Source of the DNA: Felis catus
Taxonomy: Eukaryota
Reading direction: 5' to 3'
DNA: 64,000 bases
NCBI RefSeq assembly: GCF_018350175.1
Contig: NC_058368.1
Location: 160,582,001-160,646,000, forward strand
Both the position numbers and the translations under genes were made by a program. This document shows positions 52,335 through 64,000 of this stretch, in pieces. Position 1 is the stretch's first letter. Each line of letters opens with the position of its first letter. A model generated the notes under the pieces. The model worked only from the letters and a program-made list of their open reading frames with translations, ran no database searches and was not told where the DNA came from.

Positions 52335-54826
52335 TCCAACACATGGTCCCCCAAATGACACACTCCTACTCCTTAAGTGATCCATCAAGTTAACTCTATA
52401 TAGTGAAGGTTTTAAGAATTTAAATCCTGTTAAAAGCGTTGTGATTTAGAACAGAAAATAAGTGAACATGGTGTTGAATTTACTCTCTTAGATAAAGAAA
52501 TAAAAGGTACAATGATTGAAGAAAGGTTATGATCTGATCCTGCATATCCTAGCAGGGGATCCAACGCCTTTCACAGTTGCATGGATGAGATGGTCTGGAA
52601 GTAGTGTAAATTTCTGGTAATTACTAGTGGGCAGTGATCCCACAGGAGAAGAAGATAATGCTCTTATGGGGCCATATGTGAAACCTACATGTCACATAGA
52701 GGTGGAGCTATAGATTTCAAATCTACAGCTATAGATTTGAAAATGTGACTGGAGAATGTATTCCAAGGTTCTGTTGCCCTCACTTGAATGTGAACTTAGA
52801 ATTGATATTATGTGCAAAAGGGACGCTATCTAGTTTTAATTGGACATGCTGGATGGGAATCTTTGTATTGCCTAAGCACTTTTCTGTAATAAAATTAAGC
52901 AGTGTAGAATTCTAAAAGTACAAGAACATTGTTCTTATGAAGGAAATGATCAAAGTAGGAACATTACATCCAATTCATTCACGGGATATGAGAATAGCTA
53001 TTGGAGGATATAACAAGGTGGTTCTCCTCATTGTTTATACCATAACCAATATAGTAAAGACTGTAAAAGAAGTGTAACTGGCCAAAGATGATTGGTATGC
53101 CATAATAGATTTGGCTAATGCTTTCTTTTTAATATCTTTTTGGAATCCAGTACAACACTATTTTCATTTTAGTGAAATTGTTTTCAACATATATGTATGG
53201 ATTTTCCACAGGAATATTTCAATTCAAAGCATATATAATAATTTAATGTAGTGACGTCTGAACTTTGATAACCATCAGGAGCAAATTGGTTCTTTGTACT
53301 GATGATATCATAATTTCCTTCTAGATAGAAAGAATGCAGGAGAATTTATGTCTTTCATATGACAAGAAATGTCTTTCTGATAAACACAGTTGAAATATAA
53401 AGCTGTTCCAATGTGTTGAAATTTGAGGAATAAAATTGCATGGAGAAAGAGATATCCTGCAAATGGTGAGAAATGAATGACTATCTCTATTGATTTTGCC
53501 ACTAAACCGAAAGCCCAAAGACAGGTGGATCTTTTGGGTTTTTGTGAAATCACATTTCCCCCCCTTAAAGATTTTATTAATCCCAATTCACAGAGACACC
53601 AGAAATAAAGTGAATTTGAATGGAGCCCTGAACAAAAACAAACACTAAAAGATCCACTTGAAACTTCTCACCTGATAGCCAGCTGGTTTAGTAATGTCTG
53701 CAAGCAGGATATCCTCTCTGGTGACTTTAGCAGAAACTGGATGTTGTTATCAGCAGAGATCACTAGGGATTTGTGCTCAAAAGCTGCAGATATCTCAAAA
53801 GATGCTGAGGCTTTTTCAGACCTTTCCAAAGACAATTGCCAGCTTGTTACCATGGACATTTGTGAAAAGTTACACTAACAATGAATAACAACTGGGACCG
53901 GCAATACCTTTCCTGTTTTGGGTAATATTAGGAAGCATAGAGGAGTCATTCAGCAGAAGTCACTGATGAAATGGGAATATTATATTCAACTACATGTGAC
54001 AAGATGAAATTCAGGAGACATAACATACATATATGAATAGCTTATTTCGCTGGCTCCAAGGCCAGTAATAGAGCCCTCTGCTGATCGCCTACTCTCTATT
54101 TCCATATTACCTATTTCTATATGCACTGATTTGCTTGCTTTACTGATGCGAGTTCTTAAATCTAGGATTGCATAGCAACTGGACTTTGGCCACAATACAT
54201 CTGTTGAAAAAGTAAAAGTAAATCTGCAGAAGGGGCAGAACTGAGAGCTGTTTAATTAGGAATAAACAGGAGGAAGAACTAGGCTTGGACTTGAGTATAT
54301 ATTCTTGTGCCAGAGTTAATGGCATTTCCATGTAATCTTAAACATTTGAATAATAACCACAGCCATTTTCTAAATATAGAATACTTAGTGTCTACGAGAC
54401 TTTGGATGAGGCAGAATTAAGGTAGGCTAAATAAGATGCCCACCAAAAAGATGGGGACAGCATGCTGGGGCAGGTGCCTTAAGGAGAACTCTAAAGCTAG
54501 CTCTCGGGATTCATGAAGTAAATTGGCAGGGTGCGGAGAGTGGGATGCCTGACCAGACATATTTGAAGTAAGGAGAATACATTTCTTTCATATCTGACTG
54601 TGCCAATAATGTGGGAAGGACCTTTACTCACTTCCAATTGGGGAAAAGTTCTACTTGAAGATGTACCTACCCAGAATTACCAACTTGGCACTCGACTCCT
54701 ATCACGATCATTGTAGGGCTACCATTGTATATTGACTAGGTAACATTATTTTATTCTAGGTGTTGCCTATTTTGAAAACCAAGGAACTACAGTGATACAA
54801 GGACAACTTAGAAATGACAAATAGTT

Positions 54827-55037
54827 GGGGCGCCTGGGTGGCTCATTTGGTTAAACATCTGACTCCAGCTCAGGTCATGATTTTGTGGTTCATGAGTTCG
54901 AGCCCCACATCGGACTCTGTGCTGACAGTTCAGAGCCTGGAGCCTGCTTTGGATTCTGTGTCTCCCTCTCCCTCTGCCCCTCCCCCACTCATTCTCTGTT
55001 TCTCTCTCTCTCAAAAATATATAAACATTAAAAAAAA
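54827..55037 (+). mobile_element. CAN-SINE nested in the ERV integrase
   Basis: TSD AGAAATGACAAATAGTT at 54810-54826 and 55038-55054. Confidence 0.97.
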
Positions 55038-55299
55038 AGAAATGACAAATAGTTGATCATTTTTGTGCACATGAATGTATTTTCTCTGATAAAAGTTTAT
55101 ACTTCATGCCAAAAATAGGATATGAAAAAAATAATGTTACATAGACTTATCACCTACCATATAACCCTCAGAGTAGTATGCTTATTGGGAAATGGAATTA
55201 GCAATTAAAATATCTGATACTTAAAACTCAAGATGGAGATTTTGATGTTGGTAAGGCAATGGAGCAACATAATCTCTCAAATAGCTTTGAGGAATTTGA

Positions 55300-55500
55300 A
55301 ATTTGTACTGCTCTTTTTTAAAAATTGACTTCTTATTTTTAAGAAGTAAATATAGACCCATTCTCTGTCTCAGCAATTTTATTTCAGTAGAAGTGCATGT
55401 ATACATGCACAATGAGACATATGCAGGAAGGATCATTACAGCATTATTCACGATAGCTCAAAACTGGAAACAGAGATTTCCACTAATAGTAAAATAGCCG
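55300..55500 (+). mobile_element. L1ME-type fragment
   Basis: GCAGGAAGGATCATTACAGCATTATTCACGATAGCTCAAAACTGGAAACA resembles MFIAALFIIAKNWKQ. Confidence 0.7.
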
Positions 55501-55959
55501 GTGAGTGGCAGACCAATGATTTAGACTTACGTTAATTGATTATAAAATCCACATTGTATCTACCACACAACAATCTTTCCAAACTAAAAATCCTTCTATA
55601 ATAGGTCATTTTCATGTTTCTAGATTGCCATATAATTAAAACATAAGTAATCCAGTCTTAAATTTTGCATTTTAGAGCATGTATGTATTTCTACTGGTGG
55701 CTGGCCTTGAATCTCTCCATTCAGCCTCTCCATATAGCTAACCTGATCTTCCTTACATTATGGTAGTCTTTTAAGTAAATGCCAGGCTGGGCTTCTGTAG
55801 GCCTACATTTTTAAAAACTTTTGCACAAATTCTGTCCTGATTGATTTTGACCTTCAGTTATCCTTCTCCAGGAAATGATTGTTCAACATTTCCTTTTATG
55901 TGTTTCACCTGTCACTGGTCAACATATTTCTCCTTACAAATTTTGTTAGCAAAATAAAA

Positions 55960-56500
55960 ATTAAACTATTTCTGTTTAATACGTCATTACAAAATATAAT
56001 GGTATAAAGCAAAAGTACATTATCATCTTTCATGATTTTGTGCTTTGACTAGGTTTGGTGGGGCTGTGCTTTTGCTGTAGGTTTCTCATGTGTTTGCAGA
56101 CAAAGTGTGATGAGTTTCAGTAATCTGAGTGTTTAATTAGATAACTAGATTTGCAAATTGTTTCTTCCCTTACAGTTCTGGCGACTAGGACAACTAGAGG
56201 TGGCCATTTATCTTTTCATGTAAACTCTCTACATAGCTAACTTGAGTTTCTTCATTTCATGATAGTCTTAGAGTAAGGAGACTTCCTGCATGTTGGTCAT
56301 CTTCCCTGAGAATATTCCAAGAGACCACAGTAGAATTTTCAAAACTTCCTCTAACCTAACGCCAGTCATGAATTGCCACTCCTGTTACTTTTAATCTGGG
56401 CCAATCCAGAGTTAAAGAGAGGGAACACCTACACAAAGCTGTAAAGATATATACTACACAAAGATGTTCATTGGAAGGTGATTGAAGTCTAGCTGTCATG
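55960..56500 (-). mobile_element. MaLR LTR (older MLT1 subfamily)
   Basis: Degenerate antisense MLT1 motifs (TCATGATTTTGTG..ACATAGCTAACTTGAG..AATATTCCAAGAGACC). Confidence 0.6.
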
Positions 56501-56790
56501 GTACACCTCTGATTTGCAATCATTTACACCACTCCTACATGTAAGAGTTGAAAGTCCCCAAAACATTTTCCTGTTATAGCATGAGGCTCAGGATTTAAAT
56601 CTAGAATGTCATTGTCCAAACAAGATTCAGGCACGGAAGAGTTTTTGCAGGTAGCATTCTTTGAATAAAATTTATCTCACATAACACCTGGAAAGTAAGG
56701 GGATGAATTTTATACAACATATATAATGGTGATACATGGATATCATAGACTATGAAAATGAGACATCCATAGGGAGCTTTGAAAAGCTCA

Positions 56791-57008
56791 GGGCCACCTG
56801 GGTGGCTCAGTCAGTTAAACATCCGACTTGGCTCCAGTCATAATCTCACATTTTATGCGTTTGAGCCCCATGTTGGCTCCGTGCTGACAGCTCAGAGCCT
56901 GGAGCCTGCTTCGGATTCTGTGTCTCCCTCTCTTTTTGCCCCTCCTCTGCTTGTGCTCTCTCTGTCTCTCAAAAATAAATAAATGTTAAAAAAAACAATT
57001 TTAAAAAA
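56791..57008 (+). mobile_element. CAN-SINE
   Basis: Canonical head and tail. Confidence 0.95.
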
Positions 57009-57461
57009 GTGCCCACATATTCTTGGGTATCTATAAGATCACACACGTGTGCAAGACAGTCCACATACCCAGGCCAGTACACATGCTCAGTGTAGACCTA
57101 AAAAGTCCTGTGGTCTCACTTCCAGATGACCTTATGGTTGGGAATGAACAGGAGGTACAGACTAAGTCAGAGTTGTATACTCTCTGGTCAAGTGTGTAAG
57201 GCATTTCACTGTATATATACAGAGCACCTCAGCAGAGACTGGGCACTTAAGAAAATCTCTGTCCACTAAGACATTAGCTGACCACTTATCTTTTCATATA
57301 GCTGACCACTAAGTTAACAGAGAATTCAATGGCCACTCAGAACAAAGAAGAGACTTCAGAAATTTAATTCAGAAAAGTCACAAGACAAACAACTACTACA
57401 AAAAATAGCAGCAAAAACAAAACCCTGAAAAGGGAGAGAATCTGATTTCCCACTTAGTCAT

Positions 57462-58205
57462 GGTATATAAACCTTTTTTTATGTTGCTGTATTTGCATTG
57501 CTAGCATTTTGTTGAGGATGTTTGCATCTATGTTTATAAGAGATACTGGTCTGTAGTTTCTTTTCTTGTGCTATGTTTGTCTGGTTTGGTATAAGTGTAA
57601 TGAATGACCTTTTAGAGATGGAAAGTGTGTACTTCTCTGTTTTAGAAGAATTTTTGGTAAATTATGTTCCTTGTTATATACCCAGGAGAAATGAAAACAT
57701 ATCCATGCAAAACTTGTTCAGGAATAGCAGCACTGTTGACAGTAGCCCACAGGTGGAAACAACCCAAATACATGAACTGATGAGTGGATAAACAAAATAC
57801 CTTATATTCATGCAATGTGATATTATTCAACCATGAAAAGGAATGAAGCACTGATATATGATATATGATATATGATATATGATAAAACACAGGTAGACAT
57901 TGAAAGTATGCTAAGGAACAGAAGTCAACACAAAAAGCCACACATTATACGATTTATAAGAAATGTCCACAAGAGGCGAATACAGACACATAGAAAGCAG
58001 ATTAGGTGTTGCCAAGGAATAGTTTAGGGGGATGAGAAGTATCTGCTGACGGATGTGGGATGTGGATATGGGGTTTATTTTCGTTGCTATGAAAATGTGC
58101 TGAAATTAGGTAATTACTTATACAACTTTGTGAATATACTAAAACCTCTGAATTATACCCTTTAAAATGTTGACTTTATGGCATATAAATTCTATATTAA
58201 AAATC
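57462..58205. mobile_element. Old L1MB-type element with inverted ORF2 piece (57462-57655, minus) and sense 3' end (57660-58205)
   Basis: TTTTGTTGAGGATGTTTGCATCTATGTT is antisense ORF2; ATATACCCAGGAGAAATGAAAACAT..TGTGAATATACTAAAACC is a sense 3' end. Confidence 0.8.
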
Positions 58206-58789
58206 CTTGTATCTTAAATGTTGTATGTTCCATCTTAGACCTTTCTGAAGTAGTAACAAAGGTGGAGCACATAGCTCCATCTGGGATTTGATTTTTGCTC
58301 TGGACGCATTTCATACTTTGCAAATATTTGGTGAGGAGAGACTGTGAAGAGAAACAATCTTATTTTTCAACTTAGGAAACCACATTTCTTTATATTCACT
58401 TCGCATACTTTTCAAAGTTGACCATTTTATCATTTAGTTCATAATTCATTTTCAAAAATACTTTATTGTAGACGTATGAAAGATCCTAGACATTATAATT
58501 CTGTATTTTTCTGGAAAATCTCCATAGGTCCGTGAATTTATTAGATATTCAAGTGAAGTGACAGTATTGCCACACTTCCTGCCATTACATGGAATGTGTT
58601 ATTTTGCCATTTCTGATAGCATTGTCTTATCTGTCCTTCAAGTTCTAATGAACCATTTTCTTCAGGCTCATCCAGTTGACATTAAAAGCTATCGTCAGGC
58701 TTTTGTAGCTCATACTTACTACTCAGTTTAAAACTCAATGCTAAATGTTTTCGGTTTTGATACATGGACTGCCCATTTCCAGGCATCAG

Positions 58790-59300
58790 ATTTTATCTTA
58801 GTTTATCTATTACTGTGTAACAAAAATGTCTACAGCTAAAAATAACAAACAACACTTTGGAGTATGAGGAATTCAGGTAGGGATTGGCTAGGTGAATCAC
58901 TTGTTCCATGTGTCAACTGAGACCATTCACTGGTACTTTTTAGGCTGTCTGGAGGGTCCAAGATGGAAGAAAAGCTTGGCTGGTTGGGCAGTTTTTTGAA
59001 TGAAAGCATCTCCATGAGGTAGCTTGGACTTGCTCACAATGTGAGTGTGGCATGGTAATCAAACTTTTTTTCATGGTGTCTGGCCTCCAGTGGGATTCTA
59101 AGAGACTAGGGCAGAAACTGCAATATATTTTTTCTGAATTGGCCTCATAGGTCACATGCTATCACTTGTAAACAGATTGTATTCTTTATAAGAAAATCAT
59201 AGACAAACCCAGATTTAAAGGTTAAGGATGAGAAGAGTCTGTGAATACTGGGAACTGTGTTTCATTTGGGGAAATGGGCAGATTTGTGGAGACAAAGTTT
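58790..59300 (-). mobile_element. MaLR LTR (MLT1-like)
   Basis: TTAGTTTATCTATTACTGTGTAACAAA..GGAATTCAGG..GGAGGGTCCAAGATGG. Confidence 0.75.
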
Positions 59301-60649
59301 TTCCATATTTAAAATTCCATGCTATTATCTTATGGATATATATGCAGATAGATATATAAGTTCCTAGAGCTAAACTTGCAGCTTCCTTTACTTTTAGCAG
59401 CTGGCCTACCTTTGGTTCCTTTGAACCATCTATGCCCTACGCAATTTTTTTTCATATTTCTGGTGTGATAGGGATTAATCAAAAAATAAAGTAACCTCAC
59501 GTCATTGATTTCATTACAAGCTGTAGGTTCTCCTTAACATCTAAGTAACAGTTTTCTTTTTGTTTGTTTGTTTGTTTTTTGTTTTTTTTTTTGATCAGCC
59601 TTAATGGGGAAAAACATTAGTTAGCTTCCTAAATGTGCAAAATCCTATAAGATAGTTACCATTCATTTGAAAGATTCTCTTTTACACCAACATTAAGTGT
59701 AGCAAATTTTCTTTGTTATAGTCTAACAAAATATAGTTTCAGTGAAATCCATTTAATCAAATAGCCTTGCACATTGTAGTTTTGGTACAAAATAAAATAC
59801 ATTATGTCATCATTTGAAAAAAAGGTCACTGGTCTTATACACGGTGATTTTCTGTTTGGACATTTTCTTATTTTCATTGTCACACCTGACCTTTAGCTTA
59901 GAGGTAACTTTCAGCCTTTTGCTGCTGCTGTTCCACTAAATACCTTTAGAAATAAAATGGAAGTATATTGCAAAAGCTGGCATATTTAGGGAAGTGCAGG
60001 AATACCAATACAATGTAAAAAATGTAAAAGAGAAAGAAAATAAGGTGATTATGTATTGTCTTACCTTCTAAACAAGTCAGAATGACAGAAGGTATAAAAA
60101 ACAAAACTAATTGAATGTTTCTTTCAGATCTTTGTGCTCACAATTTTGTGAGGTGTTGTTGTTGTTGGCTTTGTTTTATTTTGTAAGAGAAATTCAGTGC
60201 TTTCAAAACCTTTGATAGGGAAGGAAAGCTGAGAGGAGAATATATCTGCATGTGAGTAGCTGTTACTATATGCAACCACTAAATTTCCTTCACAAGTATA
60301 TAATACCCCAAAGGGTAGGTGGATAGATTTCACAAGTCCCAATTGTTATAAAAGAGAGGAAAGAGGTGACTAACTTTTATTAAGAGACAGATGTCAGCTA
60401 AAGATAAAGACACAAGAGGTAGGTAAAATAGGTTAAATGGGCCTTAATATGTAGATTTTTTGAGCCACTAACAGAAACTTACACATCTTACACAAACTGG
60501 ACTTTTGAATAAACATTAAAAAAAAAAAAAAAGCTAGTGTGGGGAAGTAAATCTATGGGTTATAAAAGTTTTGGTCTGAAAATATTACTTCTAAATTAAA
60601 AAAAACCACAAGCAACAGTTGTATCTTCATTGATATCTCTCATCTTCAA

Positions 60650-61152
60650 ATCATATCTTTACATACTCTTGTAACAAATTGCCTGCAAACTTAGTATCTT
60701 AAACAAAGGTCCATTATCCGACATGTTAGGTGAGTCAGAAATTTAAGAATGGCTTAGCTGGGTGGTTTAGTTCAGGGTCTCTCATGGAGTTATAATCAAG
60801 ACACTGGTCAGTGTTGCAGACTTGATTGGAGGTGGAGGATTTCACCCTCACTTGCATGGTTACTGGCAGATGTCTTGGTTGCCCACCAGATGGACCTGCC
60901 CACAATATAAAAAGGCACCCGGCTTCTTCTAGAAGGAGGGAGTGAGTGAGAAGGTGGGTAGGACATTACACAAAAGGGAAGCTGCAGCATTTTTTAATAA
61001 TCTAATTCAGAAATGACATACAATTATTATGCCATTTTCTATTGGTGGACACACACAGACCAACCATGATGAAATGTGGGAGAAGACTATAGAAGCTATG
61101 AGTACAAGGTGGGAGTGGGTCATTGGGAGCCATCTCGAGGTTAGCTACTATA
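60650..61152 (-). mobile_element. MaLR LTR (MLT1-like)
   Basis: GTAACAAATTGCC..AAACTTAG..GGCTTAGCTGGGTGGTT..CATTGGGAGCCATCT. Confidence 0.75.
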
Positions 61153-62846
61153 ATCCCAAATAAGATATTTAAACCACAGTACCTCTTAAAACAGACTAAA
61201 ATGTCTTTCTAAAATCTCTATTTTATTCAATTTATTTTTCTGTAAATATGATAAAGATGCATTATGGTGATAAGTGTAAGTCAAATGTATGAATATATAT
61301 ATATGTATATATATTTGTATGTGTTTGTGTATGTTATATGCTATTCATTCTATATTCTTTATGTAGTTTCCTCTTTCTTTTGTTCATGAAAAGAAACAGG
61401 AAGTTCTTGCTGTATAAATTTTTACATCTGAATAGAAAGTCATAAACTATTACTTGATCAGTAATTACACTTTATGAAAATCATTCCTTAAAATTAAACA
61501 ATTTTTTAAGAATGATATTATATATTTATATTATTTTCTGAGTGAAGAGACAAATAGTCTCTTGAATTTTCCCCTGGCATGCATAAAAATACTCTAATAC
61601 AACATCATTGTAAATAACATGTATTTTAATATGCAGTTATATTTTAAAAGATAATCTTCTCTTCTATTAATCCAAACAGTGATTGACAGGACATTCATCA
61701 TGGACAATCAGACACATGTATTTTTAGGCTCTATTCAACAATTAACCACTTAATAGTACCTCTTAATTTAAAAATATCATGGAGATAAATACAGTGTTTT
61801 CTTAGAGGGATGATTCTGTGCAATTTTGTTGAATTGTAGGGTATGACAAATTAATTTTAAGCTAGCATATGTCTGAGTTGATTAGCTTATACATTATATC
61901 ACTGCATTTTAAATATTTTAATTAGCCATAAAATGCCAATAACTCACAGATTTTCTTAATTTTCAAATAGTTTACAGGTGGCATTTAAAAAGTGTCTTAT
62001 TAAAGAGTGTTTTTTCTTTTTCATGAAATCAGTTCTTGTGCACCTTTTTTTGTTTTTGCAAATTATTGTATAGCAATAATTGAAATCTGAAAATTCCAGT
62101 AGAAAGTTAAGACTTAAATCTTAGCTATGTTAGGGATGATTTAGCTTTTATCACACATATTATCATACCCTTCCTCAAATTTGATAAGACTGATTTAAGT
62201 TTTAACTGGGATTATCTATTCTCTGTCATTACTGAGAGGGTAATGGTTGAAATAAACTCTTGGTGCAGTTTCCATGTGCTGCTTCTTCTCTCATATTGAG
62301 CACCATTTTATGGAGATAAGAATAATATTTGTACTACTGACTCATACTCTTTCTTTGTGAAAATATACCTCAGTAGCAAATTTGCTATTTGTATATAAAT
62401 GTATAGTGAGTTAGAAGTTGACTTATTTATTTGCATATTTACCCATTTAAGGAGTAAAAATTAATTGCAGAATTTCATTAAGTAAAGATGTTATTTTTAG
62501 AATTAATTTTCATTTTCTCCAAAATATTTCTTTAAGAAAATTAAGATACATCCAATAACCAAATAAGTCACTTTGAATGTTACTGGATGGCGCCCAAACA
62601 AAAAGTTTAATTAGATAAGTATATAATTTTTAGTACACACGTATAAATACCTGTCTAATCCATATTGAAATTTATTTATTCAAATAAGGACATTTATATT
62701 TCCAAAGACTATTAAGTTAAACTAAATTGTCAGCCACTTAGAAAATTACCTTATGTCAACTCCAAACATTTCTGAGGTAAATATTATTTTTTTAAATATT
62801 ATTTTTAGTTACTTTTAATATTATTTTCAGTAGACAAAATGACTTA

Positions 62847-64000
62847 CTCAAGGCCATGCCGAAAAGAAATGGTAGAGACAGAAATGGTTGTTCTAACTTT
62901 TAGCAGGGTTTTCGAAACATCCAGAATACCTATAGTAGAAATGTCTCCAGTAGGAGAAAAGAATGCATTTTCCAGTTTGAAATTACTTCTACTCATACTA
63001 ATCCATCAAACTTACTGTCACGAAAGTCAAACAGACATTTTTCATTCTTTATCTTATCTGACCTCCTCTTCCAATGAGGTGCCTCCTTCCTTCTTGAGAC
63101 TCTTAGTATCCATATTGCAACTCTGGGTTTCCTTTGCTAATAAAGTCTTTTCTTCATCTTTTTCACTTTCAGTTTTACAAGTTGTTGTTTTGAGAAAAGG
63201 CCCATTTAATTTTCTCTTGCAATTCTATAAGGAAACTGGCTTTTTGTCAACTTCTAATTTTCTGTCCACCGTATTACTATCCTTGCATTCTGATCCTTCT
63301 CAGTTTAGAGTATGAAAAGAAAGAAATTGTTTTATGCTCCATGAAATGTGGCAGGATTTTAAAGATGACATATTTTCGGTCATTTTATGGTTTCTTTGGA
63401 GACAACCCATCCTGGGGATGCCATGCTTCCTCATGGCAAACATCTGTATCTCTTTTGACTGGACTTCATCCACAGCCCTGGACATCCAGTGATCTTCCAC
63501 CCTTTACCTTATAAGACCTCTTTACCTTTCTAGGAAGCCTTTTGCACAGAACACAAGAGAAGCCTATGCTGTTTGTTTCCTAGGTAGCCTGTGTCTGATT
63601 CAGGGAAATGTGCCAGCATCCTTGCTTCAACCGTCTCTGTGAATGGAGTACTTTCCAGGCCTTTTGTCTGGTGCCACAGTTGTTTCAGCCTATTGGTCTT
63701 TAGATTCCTCTGACACTGTTCCACCTCTCTCCACACTGAAAGAGAAACATACCAAGTCCTTCAAGTAATTGCATTAAACTCTTTTGTCAGAAATTCTTTA
63801 GGGAGGCAACACTCCTTCCTTTTCCTCTGGAAGCCTGGACTCAGAGTTAAATTCTTGCTAAAGACATATTCTTTAAAAATATTATCTCCCCTCACCCTTT
63901 CATACCATTTGGATATGCAGCATTTCTATGGTTATTTAAAATCTAGTTTACCTTCTCTTAGAGTTTTTTGTGTCTTGCAATATAACTTATTTAGAATGTG
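62847..64000 (-). pseudogene. Possible decayed coding segment, unidentified, runs off the window edge
   Basis: Non-repeat block richer in GC than its flank; minus-strand frames have few stops and E/K/S-rich peptide (…CKTESEKDEEKTLLAKETQSCNMDTKSLKKEGGTSLEEEVR…); S/L/F-rich shadow ORF on + (62839..63315); minus-strand GTAAGTC donor at ~62847. Confidence 0.3.

Larger units (their letters stand above)
50920..55230 (+). mobile_element. Fossil class III endogenous retrovirus internal region (ERVL/ERV3-16A3/HERV16-like gag-pol)
   Basis: RT WYAIIDLANAFF (53093-53128), CTDDII in place of YIDD (53295), FEWSPEQKQTL (53615); RNase H CFTDASS (54136) and SAEGAELRAV (~54223-54252); integrase YHLPYNPQSSMLIGKWN (55148-55198); many stops and frameshifts. 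Confidence 0.9.

Noticed and set aside
52707..52743. AGCTATAGATTT direct repeat overlapping the TAGATTT-C-AAATCTA palindrome
   Set aside because: Tiny local duplication inside a dead ERV; no evidence of function
62839..63315. 158-aa plus-strand ORF as a real membrane protein
   Set aside because: The S/L/F-rich composition is typical of the antisense of purine-rich sequence and I recognise no domain; a + strand acceptor at 62830 is noted but is not enough

Overview
AT-rich mammalian genomic DNA from a carnivore, most likely a cat or other felid: it carries about 20 tRNA-derived CAN-SINEs with (CT)n-AAATAAA tails and a young felid-type L1 3' end. I find no intact host protein-coding exon, and almost all ORF-track entries are SINE, microsatellite or chance ORFs. 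The window is intergenic or intronic and repeat-rich (CAN-SINE, L1, L2, MIR, MaLR/ERVL LTRs, an ERV1-type solo LTR, a Tigger5-type DNA transposon). Notable items not in the ORF track: (i) a decayed, intronless aprataxin (APTX) retrocopy at ~49385-49928 that keeps the 5' FHA half and the alternative N-terminal extension but lacks the HIT-ZnF half; (ii) a ~4.3 kb fossil class III (ERVL-type) gag-pol region with readable RT, RNase H and integrase motifs; (iii) a young L1 whose tail appears to record two serial 3' transductions; (iv) a ~120 bp inverted (twin-primed) L1; (v) an ancient ~310 bp local duplication; (vi) an unidentified, possibly decayed coding segment at the right edge. I see no convincing novel functional multi-gene system; the interesting signals are retrotransposition fossils. 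Repeat subfamily names are from recall and need RepeatMasker/Dfam confirmation.
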